Source: Erysipelothrix inopinata (lineage in GTDB: Bacteria > Bacillota_I > Bacilli_A > Erysipelotrichales > Erysipelotrichaceae). From it: DNA of 32,000 bases. The stretch spans positions 1,740,001 to 1,772,000 of the forward strand of contig NZ_CP060715.1 of NCBI RefSeq assembly GCF_014396165.1, given 5' to 3'. Every line of letters starts with the position of its first letter. Position 1 is the stretch's first letter. Below the pieces are notes generated by a model that was not told the origin of the DNA, did no database searches, and saw only the letters and a program-made list of their open reading frames with translations. A program made the position numbers and the translations under genes. Below are positions 17,175-25,202 of this stretch, piece by piece.

Positions 17175-19547
17175 TTAACGAATTTCAACATTGTGTTTTT
17201 CAACTAACAGTGTTTTGATATCTTCCATTATAGCATTAATTTCTTCAATTTCTAAAGTTCTATTTTGGCCAAACGACAACTGGAATGCGATTGATTTCTT
17301 ATCTCCTAATTTTTCAGAAGTAAAGACATCAAACACATTTAAATCAACGAGATAACGTTTCGAACCTTTTTCAATGGATTGAATTAAATCTTTAACCGCA
17401 ATATCTTTATCACATAAGACCGCTAAGTCACGTGTCATGATTGGATATTTTGCAACAGGTTGCGCTTTGATTGAGCTCCCCTTTAAACCTAACAATACAT
17501 CTAAATCAATTTCTGCATAAACAGCATCTTTGAGATCATTTTCTTTGAGAAGACGTGGATGGACATGTCCTATATAACCTATTGGTTTGCGATTAATCAA
17601 AATTTGAGCAGATTTATAGGGATGTAAGGTTTCTCCAAAATCGCAATCCGATTTAAACTCGAATCGTTTTTCGGCATATCCTAATTGATCGAAAAGATTC
17701 ATAAGAATGCCTTTTAGTGTAAAGAAATCTAAATCGATCGAAACGTTATTCCAGTTCTCTTTAATTAAAGAACCACTACCAATCAATCCAAGACGATGTG
17801 TTTTTTCACCTTCTACTTGAATCGCTGTATGTTCAAAGTATAATCCTTCCGAAATTTTATGAGAGTTATTATACGATAGTACTTCTAACATTGAGTTAAA
17901 GAGTTGTGTTCTTAAGTAAGCACGTTTATCTGAGATTGGACTCATCAATTTCACAGGCGTACCCAAGCTAAACAATCCTTGTGTCTTTGGTAAATCTACA
18001 AGTGTATAGGTATTCGTTTGATTGGCACCATTACCAAGAAGCACGGATTCAATTTGACGAATTGTACGTTGGAATGGATTCAAGCTACCCATTGTTAAAT
18101 CGAGTAATGGTAAAGTCTCTTCTAAAATATCATATCCAACAATGCGGATAACTTCTTCAATAAGATCCACTTCAATATCCAAGTCTTTACGATATGAAGG
18201 AACCGTACATTCAATGGTATCTCCACTTACAGCAGGATTAAAGTTTAAGCGTTCAAATACAGACACAATTGTTTCATTTTCTAACTTTGTTCCAAGATAG
18301 CTATTAATCTTGTCGCTTGTAATTTTTATTTTCTTAAGTTCTAAGTCAACATCACCATATTGTACAGTATCTTCAATTCCTGATGCATCCGCATATTCAA
18401 TGAGTAAATCAACAGCACGATTTACAGCATTAAATGTAGCCATATTATCCATCGGTTTTGTAAAGCGTTGTGAAGAATCAGTACTTAATCCAAGACGTGT
18501 TGCTGTTTTACGGACGGACACGTGATTAAAACGTGCAGCTTCAATCACAATCGCAGTCGTATCATCTTGAATCATTGTATTACCAAGTCCCATAATACCT
18601 GCAATACCTACCGGTTTGTCGCCATTTAAAATAACTAAATCATTTTCTTCTAATTTGTACTCATGATCATCGAGTGCAACAACTGTTTGATTCAAGTTAT
18701 CTGCTACAGAAAGGGTCATCGTATCCAGTGCTTTCTTATCATAGAAATGCATGGGTTGACCGGTTTCAAGCATTACAAAGTTCGAAATATCTACAAGGTT
18801 ATTGATAGGTTTAATTCCAGAGCCAATTAACACTTCACGCATCCATGACGGTGATTCTTTGACCGTAACTGAGTTCACAACCTTAGCTAAGAATAAGAAA
18901 CATTTTTCAGTTTCTGAACTTACTTGGAAGTCACTCTTAGTTCCTGTTTGCATATGATTTTTAATTTCAGGAATTTTTACTTCGCGTTCAAAAATCGCTG
19001 CTACTTCATGTGCAATTGCAAAAATAGACATAAAATCAGAACGGTTTGGCGTTTGAGAAACATCCAGTATTTCATCGTCCAAACCAAGTGCCACAGCAGG
19101 GTCACTACCTGGTTCAGATTTCGGTAATGTCACGATTCCTGTCTTTTGAGATTCTGTTTGGAATTTTTCTGCAACACCCAATTCATTTAAAGAACAAATC
19201 ATCCCGTTGGATTGAACTCCACGGACTTTTGTTTCTTTAATAGACATATCTTTGAGTTCTGCACCAACCTTCGCAACAACAACATATTGTCCAGCAGCAA
19301 TATTTTCTGCACCACAAACAATTTGTTCATGCATATCACCCAAATTTACTTGAGTAATATTTAGATGGTCACTATCAGGATGGGGTTCGCATGATTCCAC
19401 ATAACCAACAACAAGGTTTGTTCCTTGGATTAGTGAATCAACTCCCTCAACTTCAAGTCCTGCATTGGTTAATGAATCCGCAAGTTCTTGAGTTGAGATT
19501 CCTTCTAAATCTACATATCTGTTTAATAATTTTCTACTAACTAACAT
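17175..19547 (-). CDS. pheT: Phenylalanine--tRNA ligase beta subunit
   Basis: 790 aa. MLVSRKLLNRYVDL.. N-terminus, a tRNA-binding domain, B3/4 and B5 regions and a C-terminal anticodon-binding-like domain. It sits immediately downstream of pheS. Confidence 0.95.
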   Translation of the reverse strand: MLVSRKLLNRYVDLEGISTQELADSLTNAGLEVEGVDSLIQGTNLVVGYVESCEPHPDSDHLNITQVNLGDMHEQIVCGAENIAAGQYVVVAKVGAELKDMSIKETKVRGVQSNGMICSLNELGVAEKFQTESQKTGIVTLPKSEPGSDPAVALGLDDEILDVSQTPNRSDFMSIFAIAHEVAAIFEREVKIPEIKNHMQTGTKSDFQVSSETEKCFLFLAKVVNSVTVKESPSWMREVLIGSGIKPINNLVDISNFVMLETGQPMHFYDKKALDTMTLSVADNLNQTVVALDDHEYKLEENDLVILNGDKPVGIAGIMGLGNTMIQDDTTAIVIEAARFNHVSVRKTATRLGLSTDSSQRFTKPMDNMATFNAVNRAVDLLIEYADASGIEDTVQYGDVDLELKKIKITSDKINSYLGTKLENETIVSVFERLNFNPAVSGDTIECTVPSYRKDLDIEVDLIEEVIRIVGYDILEETLPLLDLTMGSLNPFQRTIRQIESVLLGNGANQTNTYTLVDLPKTQGLFSLGTPVKLMSPISDKRAYLRTQLFNSMLEVLSYNNSHKISEGLYFEHTAIQVEGEKTHRLGLIGSGSLIKENWNNVSIDLDFFTLKGILMNLFDQLGYAEKRFEFKSDCDFGETLHPYKSAQILINRKPIGYIGHVHPRLLKENDLKDAVYAEIDLDVLLGLKGSSIKAQPVAKYPIMTRDLAVLCDKDIAVKDLIQSIEKGSKRYLVDLNVFDVFTSEKLGDKKSIAFQLSFGQNRTLEIEEINAIMEDIKTLLVEKHNVEIR
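17227..17235 (-). promoter_or_regulatory. Candidate internal extended -10 (TGCTATAAT) inside the pheT 3' end, upstream of yebC
   Basis: The minus strand reads ..gaaattgaagaaattaaTGcTATAATggaaga.., about 70 nt before the yebC ATG. The -35 is poor (TTAGAA). It could also be a chance match in AT-rich coding DNA. Confidence 0.3.
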
Positions 19548-19556
19548 ACTTTTCTC

Positions 19557-20588
19557 CTATTCAAAACGTTTAAACTGTTCAATAAAGCGTTTATCATTAA
19601 TATAGAATGAACGAATATCTTCAATGCCATATTTTAACATTGCAATACGTTCAACACCCGCACCAAAGGCAAATCCTGTTAATGTTTCATCCTCATAGCC
19701 AGCATCTTTTAGAACATTTGGGTGAACCATTCCTGCTCCAAGTATTTCAATCCAACCCGTTTGTTTACATACGCTACATCCCTTACCATCACAAATATGG
19801 CAAGAGACATCAACTTCTACCGAAGGTTCTGTAAATTGGAAATAGGATGGTCTAAAACGGATGACACGCTTATCGCCAAACATACGCTTACCAAATAGAG
19901 ATAATGTTCCCTTCAAGTCAGCAAGTGTGATACCGTGTCCTACGACAAGTCCTTCCATTTGAACAAATTGATGAGAATGGGTTGCATCATCATCGTCACG
20001 TCGGTAGACTTTACCAGGACAAATTACTTTCAGAGGAATACTTGGTGCAAAATGCTCCAATGTACGCGTTTGAATCGCTGTTGTATGAGTGCGTAATAAA
20101 GTATGCTCATCAATGTAGAAGGTGTCTTGCATTTCACGAGCTGGGTGATCTTGAGGAATATTTGCACGTTCAAAGTTATAGAGATCCAACTCTATTTCAT
20201 CGCCTTCAACAACTGAATATCCCATCTCACGGAAAAGATCTTCAATTTCGCGTTGAATCATAACAAGCGGATTTTGAGAACCTGAAACAAATTGAACACC
20301 TGGCATTGAGACATCAATCTTGTCTTCTTTCATTTGTTCTAAGAGTTGTGCTTCTTGAAGTTCTTCTTGTTTTTCTTTAAGTGCAACTTCAATTTCCTGT
20401 TTCACTTCATTAACCTTTTTACCAAATAACGGTTTTTCTTCGTTAGGTAAAGATTTCATTTGTCCCATAACTTGAGTCAAATGACCTTTTTTACTTAAAT
20501 ACTCAATACGAACATCATTGAGTTTATCCAGAGTCGAAGCACTTTTAATAGCTTCAATCCCTGAATTCATAATATCTTTTAATTCCAT
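19557..20588 (-). CDS. pheS: Phenylalanine--tRNA ligase alpha subunit
   Basis: MELKDIMNSGIEAIK.. start with an AGGAGGAG SD (aggaggagaaatATG). Class II motifs are HPAREMQDTFY, FRPSYFQFTEPSVEVDV and GFAFGAGVERIAMLKYGI. The track ORF start at 20663 would run through the T-box terminator. Confidence 0.95.
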   Translation of the reverse strand: MELKDIMNSGIEAIKSASTLDKLNDVRIEYLSKKGHLTQVMGQMKSLPNEEKPLFGKKVNEVKQEIEVALKEKQEELQEAQLLEQMKEDKIDVSMPGVQFVSGSQNPLVMIQREIEDLFREMGYSVVEGDEIELDLYNFERANIPQDHPAREMQDTFYIDEHTLLRTHTTAIQTRTLEHFAPSIPLKVICPGKVYRRDDDDATHSHQFVQMEGLVVGHGITLADLKGTLSLFGKRMFGDKRVIRFRPSYFQFTEPSVEVDVSCHICDGKGCSVCKQTGWIEILGAGMVHPNVLKDAGYEDETLTGFAFGAGVERIAMLKYGIEDIRSFYINDKRFIEQFKRFE

Positions 20589-20599
20589 ATTTCTCCTCC

Positions 20600-20815
20600 T
20601 AAATATAAAAAAGTACCGCACGTCCAGGAACGTAATTACGCGGTACCATCCTGATTTATACAATTGTATACATCTCTCATGTTTTTAACGCAAACATACG
20701 GGAATGATTAGTTCCTCTCCGAGGTGAATTCGCAGCATATGATATAACACTCTCATCAATGTGTTACTTTCTGAAATCATACGGTATCTGTTACTCTGTC
20801 TCATCATAGATTTTA
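20600..20815 (-). promoter_or_regulatory. T-box riboswitch leader, Phe-specific (UUC specifier), controlling pheS-pheT
   Basis: The minus strand contains GA/K-turn-like GATGAGA and AGAGTA near the 5' end. The specifier context is GCGAA-UUC-A (UUC = plus 20726..20728). The conserved T-box sequence AATCAGGATGGTACCGCG overlaps the 5' arm of a terminator hairpin, which allows the alternative antiterminator pairing. Confidence 0.85.
20607..20646 (-). terminator. T-box leader terminator (attenuator)
   Basis: GTACCGCG..taattacgttcctgg..CGTGCGGTAC followed by TTTTTT, 17 nt before the pheS SD. Confidence 0.8.
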
Positions 20816-20822
20816 CCATTAT

Positions 20823-20851
20823 ATTATATCGTAATCCTAGCTACTCTTCAA
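20823..20851 (-). promoter_or_regulatory. SigmaA-type promoter of the pheST leader (TTGAAG-17 nt-TATAAT)
   Basis: -35 TTGAAG (plus 20846..20851) and -10 TATAAT (plus 20823..20828), with an exact 17-nt spacer, directly upstream of the T-box leader. Confidence 0.7.
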
Positions 20852-20876
20852 GGATAACCTCTAACTGATTGGACAA

Positions 20877-21449
20877 TTAAATACTTTCAATAAAATGATC
20901 CTCATACACATTCCAATACTTATCATAAGTTCTTTCGACACCATCAAGATTCAATTGATACATTCTAAAGGTAACCTGAATATTTTTAGGTTGCCACATC
21001 TCAACATACGAATATTTATATTCCATCCCAAGTTTTTTCATAATTTTACCACTTGCGACATTATTTATATCGTGTGTTGCAGTGATGTAACGATATCCAA
21101 CACGGGCCAATTCTTTTATTACCGCTTCGGATGCTTCAGTAATGATTCCTTGATTCCAATACTCTTTACGAAGTCCATATCCAAAATCGTGGCTATCATC
21201 ACCACTTACCGTTATGTACCCGATAGGAAGATTATCCGTTTTTAAACATACAGCAAAATAAAAACCATTTTTATTTATATATCGGGTCAAAATACGTTTA
21301 GTATAAAAATCAATGGCTTCTTCAGTAGTACCCAATGGATACCACGGCAAATAGCGATTCACATCAACGTCTCTCATTATTTTGAATAATGCATGGTAGT
21401 CACCATCATTGTCTTCAAAATTTCTGATTATTAATCGTTCTGTTTCCAT
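20877..21449 (-). CDS. GNAT family N-acetyltransferase (RimJ/RimL-like)
   Basis: METERLIIRNFEDNDG.. N-terminus, and ..GYGLRKEYWNQGIITEA.. (Q/RxxGxG/A-like acetyl-CoA loop), typical of the Acetyltransf_3 type. I chose ATG 21449 for its spacing to GAGG. The track start at 21515 overlaps the upstream gene. Confidence 0.8.
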   Translation of the reverse strand: METERLIIRNFEDNDGDYHALFKIMRDVDVNRYLPWYPLGTTEEAIDFYTKRILTRYINKNGFYFAVCLKTDNLPIGYITVSGDDSHDFGYGLRKEYWNQGIITEASEAVIKELARVGYRYITATHDINNVASGKIMKKLGMEYKYSYVEMWQPKNIQVTFRMYQLNLDGVERTYDKYWNVYEDHFIESI

Positions 21450-21465
21450 TTTCATTTCCTCATTC

Positions 21466-21906
21466 CTATAGATCTGTATCGTTGATTCTTCGATACATTG
21501 GATGTGAAGGTTCAAATTGAATTAGATCCCAGAGGTTTCCGTATAAATCTTTAAATACAGCAACCTTTCCATAATCGGCTTCTTTAGGTTCCCTTACAAA
21601 CTCAATATTTTGATTCTTCAGTTTCTGGTAATGTCTATCAAAGTTATCGGTACTTAGAAACAGAAACACCCTCCCACCTGCCTGATTACCAACAAACAAA
21701 TGTTGTTCTTCTTTTGATGCTTTCGCCAACAACAGAGTTGTTCCTAGAGAGTTGCGAGGAGAAACAACGACCCAGCGTTTATCTTGTTCAGCTTGGTACG
21801 TATCTTCAATTAACTCAAAATCAAGTTTGCTAACATAAAAATCAATGGCTTCATCATAATCTCTCACGACAAGTGCAATATGAACTATTTCCTGTTTCAT
21901 CTTCAA
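21466..21906 (-). CDS. VOC (glyoxalase/bleomycin-resistance) family protein
   Basis: IVHIALVVRDYDEAIDFYVSKLDFELIED.. and ..YGKVAVFKDLYGNLWDLIQ match the VOC beta-alpha-beta-beta-beta repeat pattern. The SD is GGGAG, 7 nt upstream. Confidence 0.8.
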   Translation of the reverse strand: MKMKQEIVHIALVVRDYDEAIDFYVSKLDFELIEDTYQAEQDKRWVVVSPRNSLGTTLLLAKASKEEQHLFVGNQAGGRVFLFLSTDNFDRHYQKLKNQNIEFVREPKEADYGKVAVFKDLYGNLWDLIQFEPSHPMYRRINDTDL

Positions 21907-21958
21907 TCTCCCTGCACATTAAAGTAAATAACTATTTACCAAGCACCAATTCATCAAA

Positions 21959-22543
21959 TTATTTATCACTTTTAGGATAAAAAGTTAGTGTTTTAATGCT
22001 TTTTAATCCATCGTTATACAAGAAAGCAATCGTTCCATTATCAAATTCAAATGAGTCTCGTGCGAGCGGTTTAGTTCCAGGTTTCCATCCCCACTCTTTA
22101 AGTATATCTTCGTTAATATCTTTAATATCTACGCCATTGTAAATGGCAACCCCCGGTTGTAAGTCCGCAAGGTCAAATGAATAATAATGTAATTCACCTG
22201 TTTTCGCTACTTCTTCAGTTTCCTTAGGAATACTGCTTGAACCATAATATTTTGTTTTAAATCCCGCTTCTAAGATACTTCCATCAATGTCAAATAAATA
22301 CGAGAAAGTAATTGTTTCAGAGTCCTTTTTAACTGCTGCCGGCGGCACAATTTTTTTAACTTTATATTCTGAAAAGTCTGAGATATTCAGCCCTTTGGCA
22401 AAAGAAATTTCCTTCCCGTTAAATTCCAATGTTGTAGGAAGATTGTCAGATACTTTTGTCTCTTCTTTAGTTTCGGTTGGTTTACCAGAACTACACCCAA
22501 CTAGCATTACACTCATTAATAACACGATTATAATTTTTTTCAT
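21959..22543 (-). CDS. Hypothetical lipoprotein
   Basis: MKKIIIVLLMSVMLVGC-SSG has a clean lipobox (LVGC). There is a GGAGG SD (ttggaggcaaacATG). I recognise no family in the mature part. Confidence 0.75.
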   Translation of the reverse strand: MKKIIIVLLMSVMLVGCSSGKPTETKEETKVSDNLPTTLEFNGKEISFAKGLNISDFSEYKVKKIVPPAAVKKDSETITFSYLFDIDGSILEAGFKTKYYGSSSIPKETEEVAKTGELHYYSFDLADLQPGVAIYNGVDIKDINEDILKEWGWKPGTKPLARDSFEFDNGTIAFLYNDGLKSIKTLTFYPKSDK

Positions 22544-22579
22544 GTTTGCCTCCAATAATTCGTCATAAGTTATACTGAA

Positions 22580-22608
22580 ATTATACTTTTTTAAATGTTG
22601 CGAATCAA
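22580..22608 (-). promoter_or_regulatory. SigmaA-type promoter for the lipoprotein gene (TTGATT-17 nt-TATAAT)
   Basis: -35 TTGATT (plus 22603..22608) and -10 TATAAT (plus 22580..22585), with an exact 17-nt spacer, about 35 nt upstream of the ATG. Confidence 0.6.
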
Positions 22609-22683
22609 AGACTTATAAGAAATGTCATAAAGGTTTCACATTCAAACATAGATACCTAACTAAAGGATACTTTTCAATATAGC

Positions 22684-22712
22684 AAAAAAGGGATGTGATA
22701 CTTTAACATCCC
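22684..22712 (-). terminator. Intrinsic terminator after znuB
   Basis: The minus strand reads GGGATGT-taaagtatc-ACATCCC followed by TTTTTTG. Confidence 0.75.
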
Positions 22713-22718
22713 TTCGAT

Positions 22719-23522
22719 CTATGCATGTTTTAAATTTCTTAATGATTTGTAGAATAACGAGAACACGAGCATCACAACACTTAGTAGAACAATGGTTCCA
22801 CCTGGTGCAATATCAAGATGATACGAAATCGTTAATCCTAACCAAACGAAGATAAGTGATAAAATCACAGAAATACCCATCGTTGATTTATAACTCTTCG
22901 AAAATTGCATGGCACAGGCTGTTGGTATAACCATCAACGAGGATACAATCAGAGCCCCAATAATTCGTGATGCAATGGATACAGTAATTGCGGTAAGCAT
23001 TGTGAATAGTAGGCTGAGTCGATCTACTGGGATACCTGCAAGTTTTGCGGCTTGCGGGTCAAACGCCATATAGAAGAACTCACGATAGTATTTAAGCGAT
23101 AATACGATAACCACAATACTCAGTACAATTGCAAGCGTGTTATCATTATCACCAATCGCAACGATGCTTCCAAATAGGAAACTATTGAAGTTTGCTGGAT
23201 TCTTCACAAATCCTAATAGCACACCTGATAAACCAATTCCAAATGACATAATTGCAGCAATTGCAATTTCTTGGTATTTTCCTAATTTCTTTTGAATAAA
23301 TTCAATACTGATTGCGGCAATCAATGACATCACGATTGCTCCAATCAAAGGATTAATACCCAAAATGAGCCCAATTGTAATCCCACTGAGTGAAATATGC
23401 GATAATGCATCTCCTATCATAGACATCCTTTTAAAAACAATAACGACTCCAATTAGTGGAATAATGATTGCGAGTAATCCACCAATTATAAATGCGGTGC
23501 GCATAAACTCATATTGAAGCAT
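22719..23522 (-). CDS. znuB: Metal (zinc) ABC transporter permease, ABC-3 family
   Basis: 267 aa and polytopic. ..FKRMSMIGDALSHISLSGITIG.. is the typical ZnuB/AdcB/MntB pattern. It overlaps znuC by 14 nt. Confidence 0.85.
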   Translation of the reverse strand: MLQYEFMRTAFIIGGLLAIIIPLIGVVIVFKRMSMIGDALSHISLSGITIGLILGINPLIGAIVMSLIAAISIEFIQKKLGKYQEIAIAAIMSFGIGLSGVLLGFVKNPANFNSFLFGSIVAIGDNDNTLAIVLSIVVIVLSLKYYREFFYMAFDPQAAKLAGIPVDRLSLLFTMLTAITVSIASRIIGALIVSSLMVIPTACAMQFSKSYKSTMGISVILSLIFVWLGLTISYHLDIAPGGTIVLLSVVMLVFSLFYKSLRNLKHA

Positions 23523-24189
23523 GATGCACCTCCGTTAGTTCTCCATATTTAAGTTTATAGGTCTTTGTAAAACACTTGTTCATGTCCTCAATTTGATGAG
23601 TAACCATAAGAACAGTCATATCATGAACTTTTTGTAAATGTTCAATCAAGGTGAAAAGCGTTTGAATCGATTGCTGATCAAGTCCTGTTGTTGGTTCATC
23701 AAGAATTAACAGCTTCGGATCCATAATCATCTCTCGAGCAATTAGAACACGTTGTAGTTGACCACCAGACAAGTTACCAATCAAATCATATGCTTTATCT
23801 TTGAGTCCAACATGATCCAGTGCATTCATCGCTTTTTTGACACGATCTTTGTTCGAGAAATTAAAGAAATTTCCTTTAGGCAGTCTTAGAAGAACAACTT
23901 CTAATGCTGTAGCAGGAAATTGGGAAGACGCAATGAGTCCTCCCTGTGGTACATAACCAATACTATCAAATTGATTGAATTTTTGGATGGGTTGACCATG
24001 CAAAATTATTTCCCCAGTTTGAATCGGTAATTGATTTAATATTAATTTGAGCAGTGTCGACTTTCCTGATCCGTTCTCACCAATTAAGGCAACTACTTCA
24101 CCAGATTGAATTTGAAAACTGACATTATCAAGAACCTGCGTTTCTCCAAAGGAGTGTGATAAGTTCTTAACTGTGAGGATGTCATTCAT
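23509..24189 (-). CDS. znuC: Metal (zinc) ABC transporter ATP-binding protein
   Basis: Walker A GENGSGKST, signature LSGGQLQRV, Walker B LLILDEPTTGLD and H-loop VTH. It overlaps znuA by 8 nt. Confidence 0.9.
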   Translation of the reverse strand: MNDILTVKNLSHSFGETQVLDNVSFQIQSGEVVALIGENGSGKSTLLKLILNQLPIQTGEIILHGQPIQKFNQFDSIGYVPQGGLIASSQFPATALEVVLLRLPKGNFFNFSNKDRVKKAMNALDHVGLKDKAYDLIGNLSGGQLQRVLIAREMIMDPKLLILDEPTTGLDQQSIQTLFTLIEHLQKVHDMTVLMVTHQIEDMNKCFTKTYKLKYGELTEVHHASI

Positions 24190-25111
24190 TTAATCCCTCC
24201 TTGAGTGACTTGAGATTCTCTTCCATTTTATCTAAATATGTTACACCTTTATCATATTCTTCTTGTGAAACAGTTTCAAGTGTACTGAGTTCATGAATTG
24301 AAACACCCGTTTCCTTCACAACAACATCCACAACTTTTTTAGCATTAAATGCATCGAGATAAATTGTTTTTATGTCGTTTGTCTTTATAAATTCAATAGC
24401 TTCCTCGATTTGCTTTGGAGTTGGTTCCTCACTAACAATTCCTTTAGCAATCGGTTTTTGTTCCAAATTGAAGTCTGCAGCAAGATAACCAAATGCTAAA
24501 TGATCCACAACCATAGTACGTGTTTTAACGTTTGCGAAAGCTTCGGTATATTCAGCAATCAAACTGTCGATTTCTGTGCTGAATTTTTGGTAATTAGCTT
24601 CGTAATCTTGTGCATGTTCAGAATCTTTCTTAATGAACGAATCAGCGATCATTCTCGCTTCTAATCGAGCATTATTTGGACTCAACCAAGTATGGGGATC
24701 AAAAGACCCATGGTCATGACCCTCATGATCATGGTCGTCATGGTCATCGTGATCATCTTCGTTAGAACGCAATTGAACCGCTTTACTTACTTCAACAGTT
24801 TCAATCTTATCCCCTTTCAGAGATTTCACCACGGAATCCGTCCAAGATTCAAATCCTGCTCCATGATAGATAAAGACATCAGCATTTTCAATTTTTACAC
24901 GGTCTTTCGCACTTGGTTCAAAGGAATGTGCTTCAGCACCAACAGGTAATACACTCACAACTTCAACATGGTCTCCTCCAATTATGTTAGCTAAGCTATA
25001 AAGCGGATAGAAACTTGTGACAACACTGAGCTTATCATTTTCTTTCGATGTCGATTGGCACCCAGTTAAAACCAACCCTAACACCATTATTGTAATTAGT
25101 ATTTTTTTCAT
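24182..25111 (-). CDS. znuA: Zinc ABC transporter substrate-binding lipoprotein (cluster A-I SBP with His/Asp-rich loop)
   Basis: MKKILITIMVLGLVLTGC-QS lipobox. VVTSFYPLYSLANIIGG..AHSFEPS.. are metal-ligand regions. The acidic His-rich loop NEDDHDDHDDHDHEGHDHG is characteristic of Zn-specific ZnuA/AdcA. I chose ATG 25111 after a GGGAG SD. The track start at 25141 lies at the predicted transcription start. Confidence 0.85.
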   Translation of the reverse strand: MKKILITIMVLGLVLTGCQSTSKENDKLSVVTSFYPLYSLANIIGGDHVEVVSVLPVGAEAHSFEPSAKDRVKIENADVFIYHGAGFESWTDSVVKSLKGDKIETVEVSKAVQLRSNEDDHDDHDDHDHEGHDHGSFDPHTWLSPNNARLEARMIADSFIKKDSEHAQDYEANYQKFSTEIDSLIAEYTEAFANVKTRTMVVDHLAFGYLAADFNLEQKPIAKGIVSEEPTPKQIEEAIEFIKTNDIKTIYLDAFNAKKVVDVVVKETGVSIHELSTLETVSQEEYDKGVTYLDKMEENLKSLKEGLNE

Positions 25112-25145
25112 TATAATCTCCCTATTGCAAATCGTTCGCATTTAA

Positions 25146-25174
25146 ATTATATTCATGCTCTTCCAAAATGTCAA
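25146..25174 (-). promoter_or_regulatory. Consensus sigmaA promoter of znuACB (TTGACA-17 nt-TATAAT)
   Basis: -35 TTGACA (plus 25169..25174) and -10 TATAAT (plus 25146..25151), with an exact 17-nt spacer. An imperfect dyad GCAT-N13-ATGC (25138..25158) overlaps the -10. Confidence 0.7.
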
Positions 25175-25202
25175 CAGAGAAACACTTTAAATTATTTTGT
25201 AT

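Noticed and set aside
20589-20663. N-terminal extension of the pheS ORF (track start 20663, MYKSGWYRVITF...)
   Set aside because: The extension is the T-box terminator and T-box sequence read as protein. The real start is ATG 20588, behind AGGAGGAG.
20895-21245. 116-aa plus-strand ORF
   Set aside because: It is antisense to the GNAT gene, Ile/Phe-rich with shadow-frame composition, and has no SD or promoter. I treat it as non-coding.
24700-24775. Repetitive catgac/catggt/catcgt stretch that looks like a short tandem repeat
   Set aside because: It is the coding sequence (minus strand) for the His/Asp-rich loop DDHDDHDDHDHEGHDHG of ZnuA. This is codon-level low complexity, not a CRISPR array, minisatellite or mobile-element repeat.
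25112-25141. N-terminal extension of znuA (MRTICNREII)
   Set aside because: It starts at about the predicted transcription start of the consensus promoter and has no SD. The lipoprotein signal peptide begins at ATG 25111.
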